Positions 37,157 through 47,126 of a stretch of DNA of 64,000 nucleotides are shown here, piece by piece. The stretch's first letter is position 1; every line of letters begins with the position of its first letter. The position numbers and the translations under genes are program-made. The notes beneath the pieces are model-generated. The model saw only the letters and a list, made by a program, of their open reading frames with translations, was not told the DNA's origin and did no database searches. Origin of the DNA: an uncultured cyanobacterium (GTDB lineage Bacteria; Cyanobacteriota; Cyanobacteriia; Pseudanabaenales; Pseudanabaenaceae); the NCBI GenBank assembly GCA_963703315.1, contig OY969811.1, positions 2,176,001 through 2,240,000 on the forward strand. The letters are read 5' to 3'.

Positions 37157-38257
37157 TCAGGCTTCAGGTAGCACATCAGCACTAAACATTTCACTCAAAG
37201 CCGTGAGATAGGGGAGAAATGCTTGAATATGTTGCTCATCAAGATAAATATGCATTGCTTGATTAAGTAGTCTCAATAGAGTCCGCACCAGTTCCCAACT
37301 AACTTTTAGCGGTGGATAGAGCATGATGCAAAGGGGAAAAAGTTCTTGCTGAATTGCCGAGACACTTTTTTCTAGTACACATAGGCAGAGATACACTTGA
37401 AACATCTCAATATCACGCAGGCTGGAAATCCGCACCTGTGGTGAACTCAATACGCCGCTATGGCATTGATAGTCAGAATACATAATTAGGGTTTTCTGAG
37501 CAACCTGACGCGCAATCTCACTAGTTAGGGGTAGCAGATGGCGCACAGACTCTAGAGCAATGTCGTTGTAATCTAGATTGGCTGCCGCCTCATAGGAGCG
37601 CTGCAAGGGCATATAGAGATGATCATCGATAACTTTGAAGTACGAGTTCACCATTAAGCGCTCAAGGGATGGCAATGAATCAAGGAGCATTTGTCCACTG
37701 TAATGGAACTGCATACTCACAAAGCCAATCACGCGCGGATCAACTGATGTATATTTTTGGCGAATTTGACCGACCCCTTGGGCGATCGCTACAGATAATT
37801 GTCCAACAGTCGGTAATTGGGTATAGCTTTCGAGTTGCAGATTCCCCTCACTATTAGTCAAATTGATATTGATCAGGCGCGTTTCTGCATTCTCTGTATA
37901 AACCTTGAGAGCTTGCTCCAATAAAAAGCGTGAATCCGTCGCAATTTGCCAAGGATCGATGAGATCTGTAGAAATACCATGAGATTTTAACTGTCCCATC
38001 AGCAAATTCTCCGTCTTAGCCCATGCTTGAGCGCTAGAAAACCGTAAAGCTTGCAATAAACTTGCGGCGGTTGCAGCACGGCGTTCTGGACAGAGAATCT
38101 CTTCCAAATTATTAGATTTAACATCTTGTTTAGAAGAATCTGCTTGCAGATTTTGAATATATTTCTTTGCCCAAATATTTGCTAAAGAAGGCACAGAAGC
38201 AGTTGCCGCACTATTAAAATCATGAGTTAGATTATCTACAAGCGTGGGTCTGATCAT
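37157..38257 (-). CDS. Hypothetical protein with phycobiliprotein/globin-like C-terminal region
   Basis: 366-aa ORF; the C-terminal pattern SSLRDIEMF...ELFPLCIMLY..LKV..ELV recalls the Apc/Cpc CLRD..Y...E..L......MY..L pattern (by eye). Confidence 0.6.
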   Translation of the reverse strand: MIRPTLVDNLTHDFNSAATASVPSLANIWAKKYIQNLQADSSKQDVKSNNLEEILCPERRAATAASLLQALRFSSAQAWAKTENLLMGQLKSHGISTDLIDPWQIATDSRFLLEQALKVYTENAETRLININLTNSEGNLQLESYTQLPTVGQLSVAIAQGVGQIRQKYTSVDPRVIGFVSMQFHYSGQMLLDSLPSLERLMVNSYFKVIDDHLYMPLQRSYEAAANLDYNDIALESVRHLLPLTSEIARQVAQKTLIMYSDYQCHSGVLSSPQVRISSLRDIEMFQVYLCLCVLEKSVSAIQQELFPLCIMLYPPLKVSWELVRTLLRLLNQAMHIYLDEQHIQAFLPYLTALSEMFSADVLPEA

Positions 38258-38438
38258 TTAGTTGCGATGGTTTCTAATATGTAAAAAATTTTATTAAATT
38301 ATTCCCATTATATTTGTTCAGCCTTAGATAATTGGGGTTTAATTAAAAATATTTATCAAGATTAGATAATTGTTCAAGATTTCGGGCAGTGCGCCATCAA
38401 TTCTGGAGTGAAATCAGGATTAACTAGAATAGGACTTC

Positions 38439-38536
38439 TACCAACTCGCAAAAGTGTGACCACACTTTTGTGGGTTAAAAATCAAGCCTTACAAGAGTTT
38501 TCAGAGCTAAAAATGGCATAGCTATTTTTAGCTCTG
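38439..38536 (+). repeat. Two-hairpin ~98-bp dispersed element, copy B
   Basis: Homologous to the reverse complement of 10606-10703. Confidence 0.75.
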
Positions 38537-38624
38537 GGTATTACGCAACATGGCGATCGCTAAATTTAAGCTTTTTAAATTATTTTGGTATTTAACAACG
38601 AAATGTAAATACTGACAGTAAAAT

Positions 38625-38660
38625 CTAATCATCGCCCTAATCATCGCCCTAATCATCGCC
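38625..38660 (+). repeat. 12-bp tandem repeat x3 (CTAATCATCGCC)
   Basis: Three exact copies ending 25 bp before the baseplate ATG. Confidence 0.9.
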
Positions 38661-38685
38661 AAATTCACTTAAAAGGCATTGTGTA

Positions 38686-40896
38686 ATGACGAAAGAGTTT
38701 GATTTTCTGCCAAATTTACCAAAATCAGATCTAGACGATCGCACCTTTGAGGAATTGGTGAACGAATGTTTATTGAGGATTCCGCGATATTGTCCAGAAT
38801 GGACAAATTATAATCCCAGTGATCCTGGTGTGACGCTGATTGAGTTATTTGCATGGCTGACCGATCAGATGTTAATGCGGTTTAATCAATTACCGCGCCG
38901 TAACTATGTTGCTTTTTTGGAATTGTTAGGGATTCGCTTACAACCACCTGCCCCTGCCCAAACAGAAGTTACTTTTTATCTGAGTGCTTCTTTACCAGAA
39001 GCCTATACTATTCCTGTAGGGAGTGAAGTGGCAACCCTAAGAACAGAAACAGAAGAGGCGATCGTCTTTAGTACCGATCAACCATTAGTGATTGCGAAAC
39101 CTCGGATTTTGCATCTATTAGCCGCCCCCAGAGCCGAAGAGAGTCCTGAATTCTTACGGGATTTGCTTTTAGATGTATGGACAGAAGATCGTGAAGAAGG
39201 CTGGTCGGGACAGGAAATAGCACTATTTAGTGATCCCCCGCAACCAAATAATTGTTTTTATGTAGTTTTTGATGGAGCGCAGCCGACCGATGGGAATGTC
39301 ATTGCACTCAAGTTTAAAGGTGAATCAGCAACAACTACAGGGATTAATCCGAATAATCCCCCAAGATTTTGGGAAGCGTGGGATGGCAATGCATGGAAAC
39401 CCATACTTCAAAAAGAGAGTGACGATCGCACTAAAGGATTTAGCTTTAGTGAAATAGCCAATGAAGGAGTAAATCCTTTACAGGGAGCCGAAGTCATCTT
39501 TCATTTGCCCCTAACATGGAATGTGGCACAGTTTTCTACCTATCGCGGGCGCTGGTTGCGTTGTAGTTATGTCGAACCGACTCCTAATCAATCTGGCTAC
39601 AGCCGATCGCCTCATATTATTGGCATGAATGCAAGGGCGATCGGCGGAACTGTCAAAGCTACTCAATGCCATGCGATCGCTAACGAAGTTTTAGGTGAGA
39701 GTACAGGCAAGGCAGGGCAGGTTTTTCAATTATTAAATAGTCCCGTTTTACCGAGGCAAGCTGATGAATACTTGCTAGTTACGCCCCCTGTCGGGTTACC
39801 GCAAATCTGGCAAGAAGTGGCGGACTTTTCGGAATCTACGGCTAACGATTTACATTACATTATTGATTCCATCTCTGGAAGTATTCAATTTGGTCCTTTT
39901 GTGCAAACGCCGAATTACCAGAGTCAGCACACCTTACAACGCTTCCGAATTCAAGGCGAACCGATGAAGAGGGTTTCTGCTGAGGGCATCAACGCGATCG
40001 CCACCAATGCCAAAGTTAGTGGTACTCAATACGGAGCCGTTCCACCGAAAGGCGCAATTATCCAAATGGTAAAATATCGCACGGGTGGCGGATTTCGCGG
40101 TAATGTTCAGCGCGGCAGCATTCGCATTAGTAAAAATGCGATTCCTTACGTGGCAAGTCTGACCAATCATATTTCGGCTACTAATGGTGTGGATGCCGAA
40201 TCCCTTGATGACGTGGCAGTGCGTGTACCCAAAATGCTCAGAACTCGCGATCGCGCGATCACCCAAACTGATTTTGAATATTTGACATTGGTGGCAGGGG
40301 ATGGTGCTGTCGCAAGGGTGAAGTGTTTACCCTCTAGACGCAAAGAAGAGGCAGGAATTGTGAGATTAATGGTTGTGCCTAAAGTGAGAACTGAAAGCAT
40401 CGATCAAGGTCAAGGTATTGCCCCTGATCAATTTATATTGACTCCCAGACTGAGCGAGACAGTATTAGCGTATCTCGATGAACGGAAGATGCTCGGTGTC
40501 CAGATTCAACTAGAACAACCTGAATATGTGGGGGTTTGTGTGCAGACGGAAATAGCATTAGAAGCAGCTTACAGTAATCCTCAAGTTCAGCAAGATATAA
40601 TTAAACAACTCAAAATACTTCTCTATCGCTTTCTCAATCCAATTACAGGTGGAGTTAATGGTCAAGGTTGGGAATTTGGTCGTCCTGTCTATCCATCTGA
40701 TATTGTCAAACTATTACAAAATTTTCAAGGTGTGCGCTTTTTAGGTACAGTGCAGTTATTCGAGTTGCGGTATGAAAGTGGTGAATGGGTGCGAAGACTT
40801 GCACCACAAACAATCATCGATCCCAGTCCATTTGGTTTGATCTGTTCTTGGCGTAGCCCACGCTTGCGCTCTAGCCATGTCATCAATATTGTCTAA
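38686..40896 (+). CDS. Putative baseplate assembly protein (contractile injection system, baseplate J/gp6-like)
   Basis: LDDRTFEELV..CLLRIPRYCPEWTNYNPSDPGVTLIELFAWL; YRTGGG..GNV; ATNGVDAESL; RDRAIT..DFE; GWEFGR. Confidence 0.92.
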   Translation: MTKEFDFLPNLPKSDLDDRTFEELVNECLLRIPRYCPEWTNYNPSDPGVTLIELFAWLTDQMLMRFNQLPRRNYVAFLELLGIRLQPPAPAQTEVTFYLSASLPEAYTIPVGSEVATLRTETEEAIVFSTDQPLVIAKPRILHLLAAPRAEESPEFLRDLLLDVWTEDREEGWSGQEIALFSDPPQPNNCFYVVFDGAQPTDGNVIALKFKGESATTTGINPNNPPRFWEAWDGNAWKPILQKESDDRTKGFSFSEIANEGVNPLQGAEVIFHLPLTWNVAQFSTYRGRWLRCSYVEPTPNQSGYSRSPHIIGMNARAIGGTVKATQCHAIANEVLGESTGKAGQVFQLLNSPVLPRQADEYLLVTPPVGLPQIWQEVADFSESTANDLHYIIDSISGSIQFGPFVQTPNYQSQHTLQRFRIQGEPMKRVSAEGINAIATNAKVSGTQYGAVPPKGAIIQMVKYRTGGGFRGNVQRGSIRISKNAIPYVASLTNHISATNGVDAESLDDVAVRVPKMLRTRDRAITQTDFEYLTLVAGDGAVARVKCLPSRRKEEAGIVRLMVVPKVRTESIDQGQGIAPDQFILTPRLSETVLAYLDERKMLGVQIQLEQPEYVGVCVQTEIALEAAYSNPQVQQDIIKQLKILLYRFLNPITGGVNGQGWEFGRPVYPSDIVKLLQNFQGVRFLGTVQLFELRYESGEWVRRLAPQTIIDPSPFGLICSWRSPRLRSSHVINIV

Positions 40897-40907
40897 AGCT
40901 TAAAACT

Positions 40908-41960
40908 ATGGCTCAAAAAAGTAAGCTCCAAGCGCTAAGTGTTCGTTTGATTTCGATGAAGGCTCCTGAGGCAAATGAAGACACCCTTGCCAGTGCTGAT
41001 CGCGCTGACCTGAATCAAAATAATCAGCGATCACCTATTATAAATTGCAAATTAGTAGTCAACCCCAGTGAACCTAGCGAAATTGTCGTTAAGCTTAAAA
41101 ATGCGAGTAATCGATCGCTTTTAACGAGCCTACAAGTCGATGGTGACTTCCCTAGTCAATGGCTCCAAATCGGGATGGAAGGGAATGAGTTGCCACCATA
41201 TTCAGAAATGGAAGCAGTCCTCTATTTTCAAGTGCCTGTGGACTTTTTTGAAAATCAAGAGGCGATCGCTCACAGTCAGCCCCTCACAATTAACTATCAG
41301 GGTCAGCTACAGGTTTATGGTGGTTATGCTGGTTCCCCATCAGATATCAGTGGAACTTCGAGATTAGAACTATTTGACATTGAACCATTTCAACTATATG
41401 TCCGTCCCCATAGTTTATATCTAGACTTCCTGCCCGATGCTTATCGCGAAGTTGACTTTGTGGGCAGGATGCTAAAAATATTTGAAGAAACCCTCGAACC
41501 CGATGTGCAGATTCTTGATTCACTCTGGGCTTATCTTGACCCGATGTTAGCACCTGAAAGTATGTTACCGTTTCTATCGCATTGGGTAGGCTGGGATCTT
41601 GCGCCGACTTTTAGTGTGGAACGTCAGCGCTATTTAATTAAACAGGCGATGCAAATCTATCGTTGGCGCGGCACACGTAGAGGATTGCGCTTTTACATCC
41701 ATTTATTTACAGGTTTACCTCTTGACGAACATTTGCCTGAATCAGAAAAACATATCAGTATTTTTGAAATTACAGGGCGAGGCTTTGTTTTAGGTGAAGC
41801 CGAACTTGGTAACAATGCCTCAACGGGTGGTGGTAGACCGTTTCATTTTGTGGTGAGGATTCGTAACGATTTACAAAATAGCCTCGATTTACCGCTAATT
41901 CATCAGATTATTGAACGTGAGAAACCTGTTTTTTGTACTTACGATCTAGAAATCAGTTAA
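40908..41960 (+). CDS. Phage tail protein I-like baseplate wedge subunit with N-terminal beta-rich domain
   Basis: YLDFLP..YR..DFVGRMLKIFE...LDP..APESMLPFLSHWVGW...YRWRGTRRGL. Confidence 0.88.
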   Translation: MAQKSKLQALSVRLISMKAPEANEDTLASADRADLNQNNQRSPIINCKLVVNPSEPSEIVVKLKNASNRSLLTSLQVDGDFPSQWLQIGMEGNELPPYSEMEAVLYFQVPVDFFENQEAIAHSQPLTINYQGQLQVYGGYAGSPSDISGTSRLELFDIEPFQLYVRPHSLYLDFLPDAYREVDFVGRMLKIFEETLEPDVQILDSLWAYLDPMLAPESMLPFLSHWVGWDLAPTFSVERQRYLIKQAMQIYRWRGTRRGLRFYIHLFTGLPLDEHLPESEKHISIFEITGRGFVLGEAELGNNASTGGGRPFHFVVRIRNDLQNSLDLPLIHQIIEREKPVFCTYDLEIS

Positions 41961-41992
41961 TTTGTGTGGTGCTTTGCACCACACAAATTAAC
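41956..41992. repeat. Palindrome with TTT/AAA loop inside the CIS gene run
   Basis: GTTAATTTGTGTGGTGC-TTT-GCACCACACAAATTAAC. Confidence 0.75.
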
Positions 41993-42020
41993 CTTCTCAC
42001 CCTCTATTGATAAAAGTTAT

Positions 42021-43460
42021 ATGAACGATTTTCCCTATCCCGAAATTCAGTCCTTTGAACGGCTACAGGTATCTGATGGCTTGATGATTAATAGCGAACG
42101 CTGGCGACTCGCCCACGAATATCATCAGCAACGTCAAAATGTCCAGTATCAGTCTCTATTTTTACCAGGGATTATTTGCGGTTTAGGAGTTGCCCCGATC
42201 TCTGCACCTGCGGACTTACCAGCCAAATACCGAGATGGGCGTTGGGTACAAATCCAACCTGGTATGGCGATCGACCTGCAAGGCAATTTTATTGTCGTGC
42301 CACAGCCTCTAGATTTTCGGATCTCGACATCAGCCTACGATCGCCAAATTGAAACAGTTTATCTCGTTCTTAGTTATGTCGATCCCGCTAAACTCAAGCG
42401 TTCTAATAGTAATGAAATCTTAGTAGAAACCTTTCGGGTCAATGAGAAAACTGATCTGCCCCTTGATACAGATATTGAAATTTGTCGGATCGCGATCGCG
42501 GAAGGGAAATTAGAAATTCAAAAACCTGTGGATGTGTTTGCGCCCAAAATTTCTCAGTTAGATCTGCGCTATCGGCTCCAAGCTCAACTTCGTCCTCAAA
42601 ATGCGGTAAGGATTGCGTGTTTTATCAACCAACAAGATCAACAGAGACTAATTCAGCAAAACTTTCATTTCCTTGGACAGTCATTACCCAGTCTCGCCCC
42701 TAGTCTTAGTTTGGTTCAACCCATTGGCAACCTCGATCTGGATACAGAACTAACCCTCGATCATCTCAAGTCTTATCATCTAATTTATCTAACCTATACT
42801 CAAGCCTTAGCTCTCAATGATTCTACCCAATTAGCTTTACGGGAATATATAGAGACTGGAGGCATGATTTTAGTGGAAGTATCAATTCGGAATAGTCGGT
42901 TAGAAAAGCTGTTAGAAATTCAGAATGAGTTACAAGATGCTCAAAACAGATTGAGCAAAACCATGCACAATAGTCAGATCAATAATACTTCTGATCAAAC
43001 TAGCGTTCAAGCAGAATTGCAATCTGAACTAGAGGCGATCGCGATCGAAATCACTTCCTCTACCCAAGATTTTTTAACTACTCTTAGCGATCGCCTTCCT
43101 ATAGAAGCATCAATGCCAACTTTTGCCGATTTAGAGCGTACCCATCCTCTGCGTAGTCAACCATTTCTCTTTCCTGAGCTATCGGCAACCATTGAGCAAC
43201 CACTTCAAATCATGAGCAGTGATGGCATCATGATCATCTTCGGTGAACTATCATCAATTTGGGGTGGACAGTCTCAACAACTCCTAACCAGAGAAACAAT
43301 CAGGAATAGTCAAGAATTAGGTATTAATATTCTCAACTATGCAACTCAACGCTATGTAATGCATAATGCAATGTGCGTGAATCCTGCATATCACAGTCTT
43401 GAACTTAAACCTGAAGACGACAAGCGGCGCATTACGAATATGGTAGATCAACTTCCATAA
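42021..43460 (+). CDS. CIS tail-fibre-base-like N-domain + DUF4159-like C-domain protein
   Basis: RLQVSDGL...HEYHQQR...GIICGLGV...IQPGMAIDLQG N-terminus; LREYIETGGMILVE...HPL..QPFLF...ELGINILNYA C-terminus. Confidence 0.7.
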   Translation: MNDFPYPEIQSFERLQVSDGLMINSERWRLAHEYHQQRQNVQYQSLFLPGIICGLGVAPISAPADLPAKYRDGRWVQIQPGMAIDLQGNFIVVPQPLDFRISTSAYDRQIETVYLVLSYVDPAKLKRSNSNEILVETFRVNEKTDLPLDTDIEICRIAIAEGKLEIQKPVDVFAPKISQLDLRYRLQAQLRPQNAVRIACFINQQDQQRLIQQNFHFLGQSLPSLAPSLSLVQPIGNLDLDTELTLDHLKSYHLIYLTYTQALALNDSTQLALREYIETGGMILVEVSIRNSRLEKLLEIQNELQDAQNRLSKTMHNSQINNTSDQTSVQAELQSELEAIAIEITSSTQDFLTTLSDRLPIEASMPTFADLERTHPLRSQPFLFPELSATIEQPLQIMSSDGIMIIFGELSSIWGGQSQQLLTRETIRNSQELGINILNYATQRYVMHNAMCVNPAYHSLELKPEDDKRRITNMVDQLP

Positions 43461-43527
43461 AGTCTTTAGACATTGTTAATTACTCAAGTTCAATTAATCC
43501 AGTATCTATAGCTAAGGTTATCTATCT

Positions 43528-44898
43528 ATGTCTTCGATTCGCCAGATTTTTCCTCTTGTTTTAAGCATCCAAATTACGGTCGCAGTTGGCATCACGGGTT
43601 GGGTTTCTTTTAATAGTAGTGAGCGTGCTGTCAGTAAACTAACCCGTCAGCTTTGCGACAATTTGAATTATCGGGTTGAACATCAAATCCGTTCTTATCT
43701 AAAAGAATATATACAGGTTAATCAATCAATGACGATCGCTCTTAGTACTAGCAGTATCAATCTTAATGATATTAATCAAGTTCAGAAAGAGTTATTTAAT
43801 AAGTCCAAAGAACTGAATAAGCAAAATGTTTTATATTATGGCAATGAAAGTGGCACAATGGCTGGGCTTGAACGCTATAATGACGGCAGATTTCAACTAC
43901 GCATTAGAGAAGATGCAAATAGTCCTAATCGCCCCAGCTATGAACTAAGCAATAATGGGGAGAGGGGGAAATTGCTCATGACTGAAGTATATGATCATCG
44001 ACGTAGACCTTGGTATATTGCTGCTAAAGCATCAGGCAAGGCGATCTGGGGACCTATTTATGTAAGTGTTCCTGAGATTGAATTATCTAGCGCTAGAGCC
44101 ACACCAATTTACAAAGCCAATGGTGAGTTGCAGGGGGTATCAGGTATTAATGTTCCCCTGAAGCAAATCAAGCAGTTTATGCTGCAAATTCGTCCTTCTG
44201 AGCAATGGAATATATTTTTGGCTGAGGGAAATGGTGATTTAGTGGCAACCACTTCTGAAATCCCTATTTTTGAGAAGGATGGTAATGTATTTAAGCGTTT
44301 TGGTCTTGCTGAAAGTAAAGATCCGCGCCTACAGGCGGCTAGTCTAGCGATCCAAAAACAATTTAATGGACTACAGAATCTCCAAGATTCGCAGATAGTT
44401 GAATTTGAGTTTAATAGTGCAAAATATATCGTGATCACGCGCAAATTAGACAAAGAACTCCAACTAGATTGGTCGGTAGGGCTGATTGTACCAAAATCAA
44501 TTTTTATGCAAGAGATTGATACCAATAACCAAGTTACACTAATTATTATTGTGATTCTCCTCGGTATAAATATTGTGATTGGCTTAGTGATTGCGACATG
44601 GCTATTGCGTCCGATTAAAAATCTGATGACTGCGGCAAAGGAAATCGAAGAAGAATCTTTTGAACCTGAAAAATTAGCCGCAGTTGCTCAACGTAAAGAT
44701 GAACTGGGGCAGATGGCACGAGTATTTCAAGAAATGGGAAGTACGATCTCTGAACGTCAAAATGGTATGAAAAGCCAACTCACGAAACTACGTGCTGAAA
44801 AGGATGAAGCTAAAAAAGCGGCGATCGCTTCCCAAATGGGACAGACTAATTCATTGCAATCCATTTTGAATCGTTCTAGGGATGCTCGCAATAAATAG
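43528..44898 (+). CDS. Membrane sensor TM-dCache-TM-HAMP with no output domain
   Basis: YDHRRRPWYIAAK...WGPIY Cache motif; RPIKNL...RKDELGQMARVFQEM HAMP; short coiled tail, then stop. Confidence 0.85.
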   Translation: MSSIRQIFPLVLSIQITVAVGITGWVSFNSSERAVSKLTRQLCDNLNYRVEHQIRSYLKEYIQVNQSMTIALSTSSINLNDINQVQKELFNKSKELNKQNVLYYGNESGTMAGLERYNDGRFQLRIREDANSPNRPSYELSNNGERGKLLMTEVYDHRRRPWYIAAKASGKAIWGPIYVSVPEIELSSARATPIYKANGELQGVSGINVPLKQIKQFMLQIRPSEQWNIFLAEGNGDLVATTSEIPIFEKDGNVFKRFGLAESKDPRLQAASLAIQKQFNGLQNLQDSQIVEFEFNSAKYIVITRKLDKELQLDWSVGLIVPKSIFMQEIDTNNQVTLIIIVILLGINIVIGLVIATWLLRPIKNLMTAAKEIEEESFEPEKLAAVAQRKDELGQMARVFQEMGSTISERQNGMKSQLTKLRAEKDEAKKAAIASQMGQTNSLQSILNRSRDARNK

Positions 44899-44954
44899 GA
44901 TATACGTTGCAGATTCTGTTTTAGGAATACCCATCAACACTAAAAAATAAGGCG

Positions 44955-47126
44955 ATGTCAGTAAATCAAATTGGCTTAGAAATACCTCAAAAGGAATTAA
45001 ATTTTAAAATTGGGGCTGCAAAGAATTCTTTTCCTGTTGTTGTTATTAATGATAGCAATCAATTTGCTAGCTTTCAAATTGAACTGATTGCTGCGGGTGC
45101 AGATATTCAAGAAGTTGGTTATGAATGGTATACGATTTCTCCTGATGTGAGCGTGAAGATTCCTCCAGGAGATTTAGTGGAGTTTGTCGTCTCGATTATT
45201 GAAACGCCGATCTCAGGTTTTACGGGGATTATGAATATTACAGTGCGAGCTTTTTCCATCGAATTAAGGGAAGAGAATCGTGAAGTTTTACGCATTAATC
45301 TCCAAGAAGGCGCAGGGCGATCGATTCTCAAAGCAGAAATACCGACCCAAAAACTCCAAGCTCTTCCCCTTGATGATCTAGAAATCCCCATTTTAATTAG
45401 TAATCCTAGCCAACAGAATACTAATGTCACTTTAACTTGCCGAAATCTCCCAGATTCATGGTTTCTAAGAGGTAATACGCAGCAGTTGGCGATTAAGGCA
45501 GGGGCGCAGTCTCGGACTTCATTTATCTGCACTTTACCCTTTGACCAAGAGGCGATCGCGCAGTCCTATCCCTTTACGATTGATATTTCTCATACCAATG
45601 GTTTACCCTCACAATTGTCATCGAGCTTAGATGTACTTCCTAAAGGTGAGCTAGCTGTCCTCTGTGCATCGAAGTTACAGACTATACCTGCTAAGAGATC
45701 GTGGAAATTGTGGTGGAAATTTTGGCAATCATCGCCAGCGATATTTAACTTAACTGCCGATAATGCTAGTAATTTGCCACAAAAGATGAATTTTGACCTA
45801 GAGAATGTTAACTCTAGTGATTACGAAGACTTCTCATTTGAAGTATCACCTAATGATGTAGAAGTTGCGCCCTTCAGTAAAACTGATCTCCAACTCCAAA
45901 TTGATAAATCACGACCTTGGCTGGGTAAAGCTCAGAAGCTAAATCTCTTAGTCAAAGCCAACTGGCAAGACACAAGGGTGAACACCATTGATGAAGTACA
46001 GGCGATCGAGGTCGTTGTTAAACCTGTAGTTCCACCTTGGTTACTAATTCTCATTCTGGCGATCATTTTCTTTTTTACGGGCTTGCTATCTAGTTTTAAT
46101 CCTAATAATCCGTTCTCACCACATCAAGATGCTGTAACATCCGTGCATTACGATGGTACTGGTAATCAGGCAATTAGTAGTTCTAACGATCGCACCATCC
46201 GTAGGTGGAATGTTGCAGGATTTTATCAACCCTTTGTAGGACTTGATCTAGGCACTTTGACCGAAGCTAAAAAAGCAATTCGGACTGTGCGCTATCGTCC
46301 TGTCAGTAATGATTTAGTCGCGATGGGGCTAGAAAATGGCGAAATTCAGATTTTGGAACATCAATCTGAGAGTAAAAAGCCGATCGCGACATTTATCAAT
46401 CAAGCTGACGATCGCGTGTTTGATTTGGAATATACCCTTGATGCGAGAAATCTATTTAGTGGTCATGGTAGTGGCACAGTGTTGCGATGGGATCTCCAAA
46501 ATTTATTTACCAATCCTCCCACTCAGGCAAGTCAGGTTAAAAAATTTGACTTTGCGATCAATGCGATCGCCTTAGTTGGTCAAGATGACAGCACTTTAGC
46601 GATCGCTGGACGCTATAACCAACTTGTTCTCTGGAATTGGGTAAATAACACCGTCAAACTAATTACCTATCCTAATGCTGGTGGACAAGATAATTACATC
46701 CAGAGTATTGCCGTACCAGATCGCCAGCGTAATTTACTGGCTACGGCTGATACTCAAGGCTATATGTCTGTTTGGGATCTCAGTACTTGTTTGCAAAGCG
46801 ATCGCCCCTGTCAATTGATCGACATTTGGAAAGATGCTCATAACGGCAAACCTGTGCGATCGGTCGCCTTCAGTTCCCAAGGTTGCTATCTAGTAAGTGG
46901 TGGTGATGACGGACAGACAAAACTATGGGCGCTTACGCCTAAGGGTAAACGCACTGGTGATATGAATGGCAAGACTCTAGATACAAGCTCTTCTGCTGTC
47001 AATGCTGTCGATATCCACTTGACTACAAAAGATATTTTGACTATCAGTGGTACATCAGGGGGCAGGGTTCTTGGGCAGAAAACAGAACGCCTTTTTCAAT
47101 TAGGATGTGATTCGCAAAAGCAATAA
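44955..47126 (+). CDS. Bitopic membrane protein: repeated beta-rich (Ig-like) domains + TM + WD40 propeller
   Basis: TM PPWLLILILAIIFFFTGLL; HQDAVTSVHY...SSSNDRTIRRW; AHNGKPVRSVAFS...VSGGDDGQTKLW. Confidence 0.8.
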   Translation: MSVNQIGLEIPQKELNFKIGAAKNSFPVVVINDSNQFASFQIELIAAGADIQEVGYEWYTISPDVSVKIPPGDLVEFVVSIIETPISGFTGIMNITVRAFSIELREENREVLRINLQEGAGRSILKAEIPTQKLQALPLDDLEIPILISNPSQQNTNVTLTCRNLPDSWFLRGNTQQLAIKAGAQSRTSFICTLPFDQEAIAQSYPFTIDISHTNGLPSQLSSSLDVLPKGELAVLCASKLQTIPAKRSWKLWWKFWQSSPAIFNLTADNASNLPQKMNFDLENVNSSDYEDFSFEVSPNDVEVAPFSKTDLQLQIDKSRPWLGKAQKLNLLVKANWQDTRVNTIDEVQAIEVVVKPVVPPWLLILILAIIFFFTGLLSSFNPNNPFSPHQDAVTSVHYDGTGNQAISSSNDRTIRRWNVAGFYQPFVGLDLGTLTEAKKAIRTVRYRPVSNDLVAMGLENGEIQILEHQSESKKPIATFINQADDRVFDLEYTLDARNLFSGHGSGTVLRWDLQNLFTNPPTQASQVKKFDFAINAIALVGQDDSTLAIAGRYNQLVLWNWVNNTVKLITYPNAGGQDNYIQSIAVPDRQRNLLATADTQGYMSVWDLSTCLQSDRPCQLIDIWKDAHNGKPVRSVAFSSQGCYLVSGGDDGQTKLWALTPKGKRTGDMNGKTLDTSSSAVNAVDIHLTTKDILTISGTSGGRVLGQKTERLFQLGCDSQKQ

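Noticed and set aside
38686..43460. Prophage
   Set aside because: There are no capsid, terminase, portal or integrase genes, and the genes carry host-like HIP1 density and CIS-type motifs.
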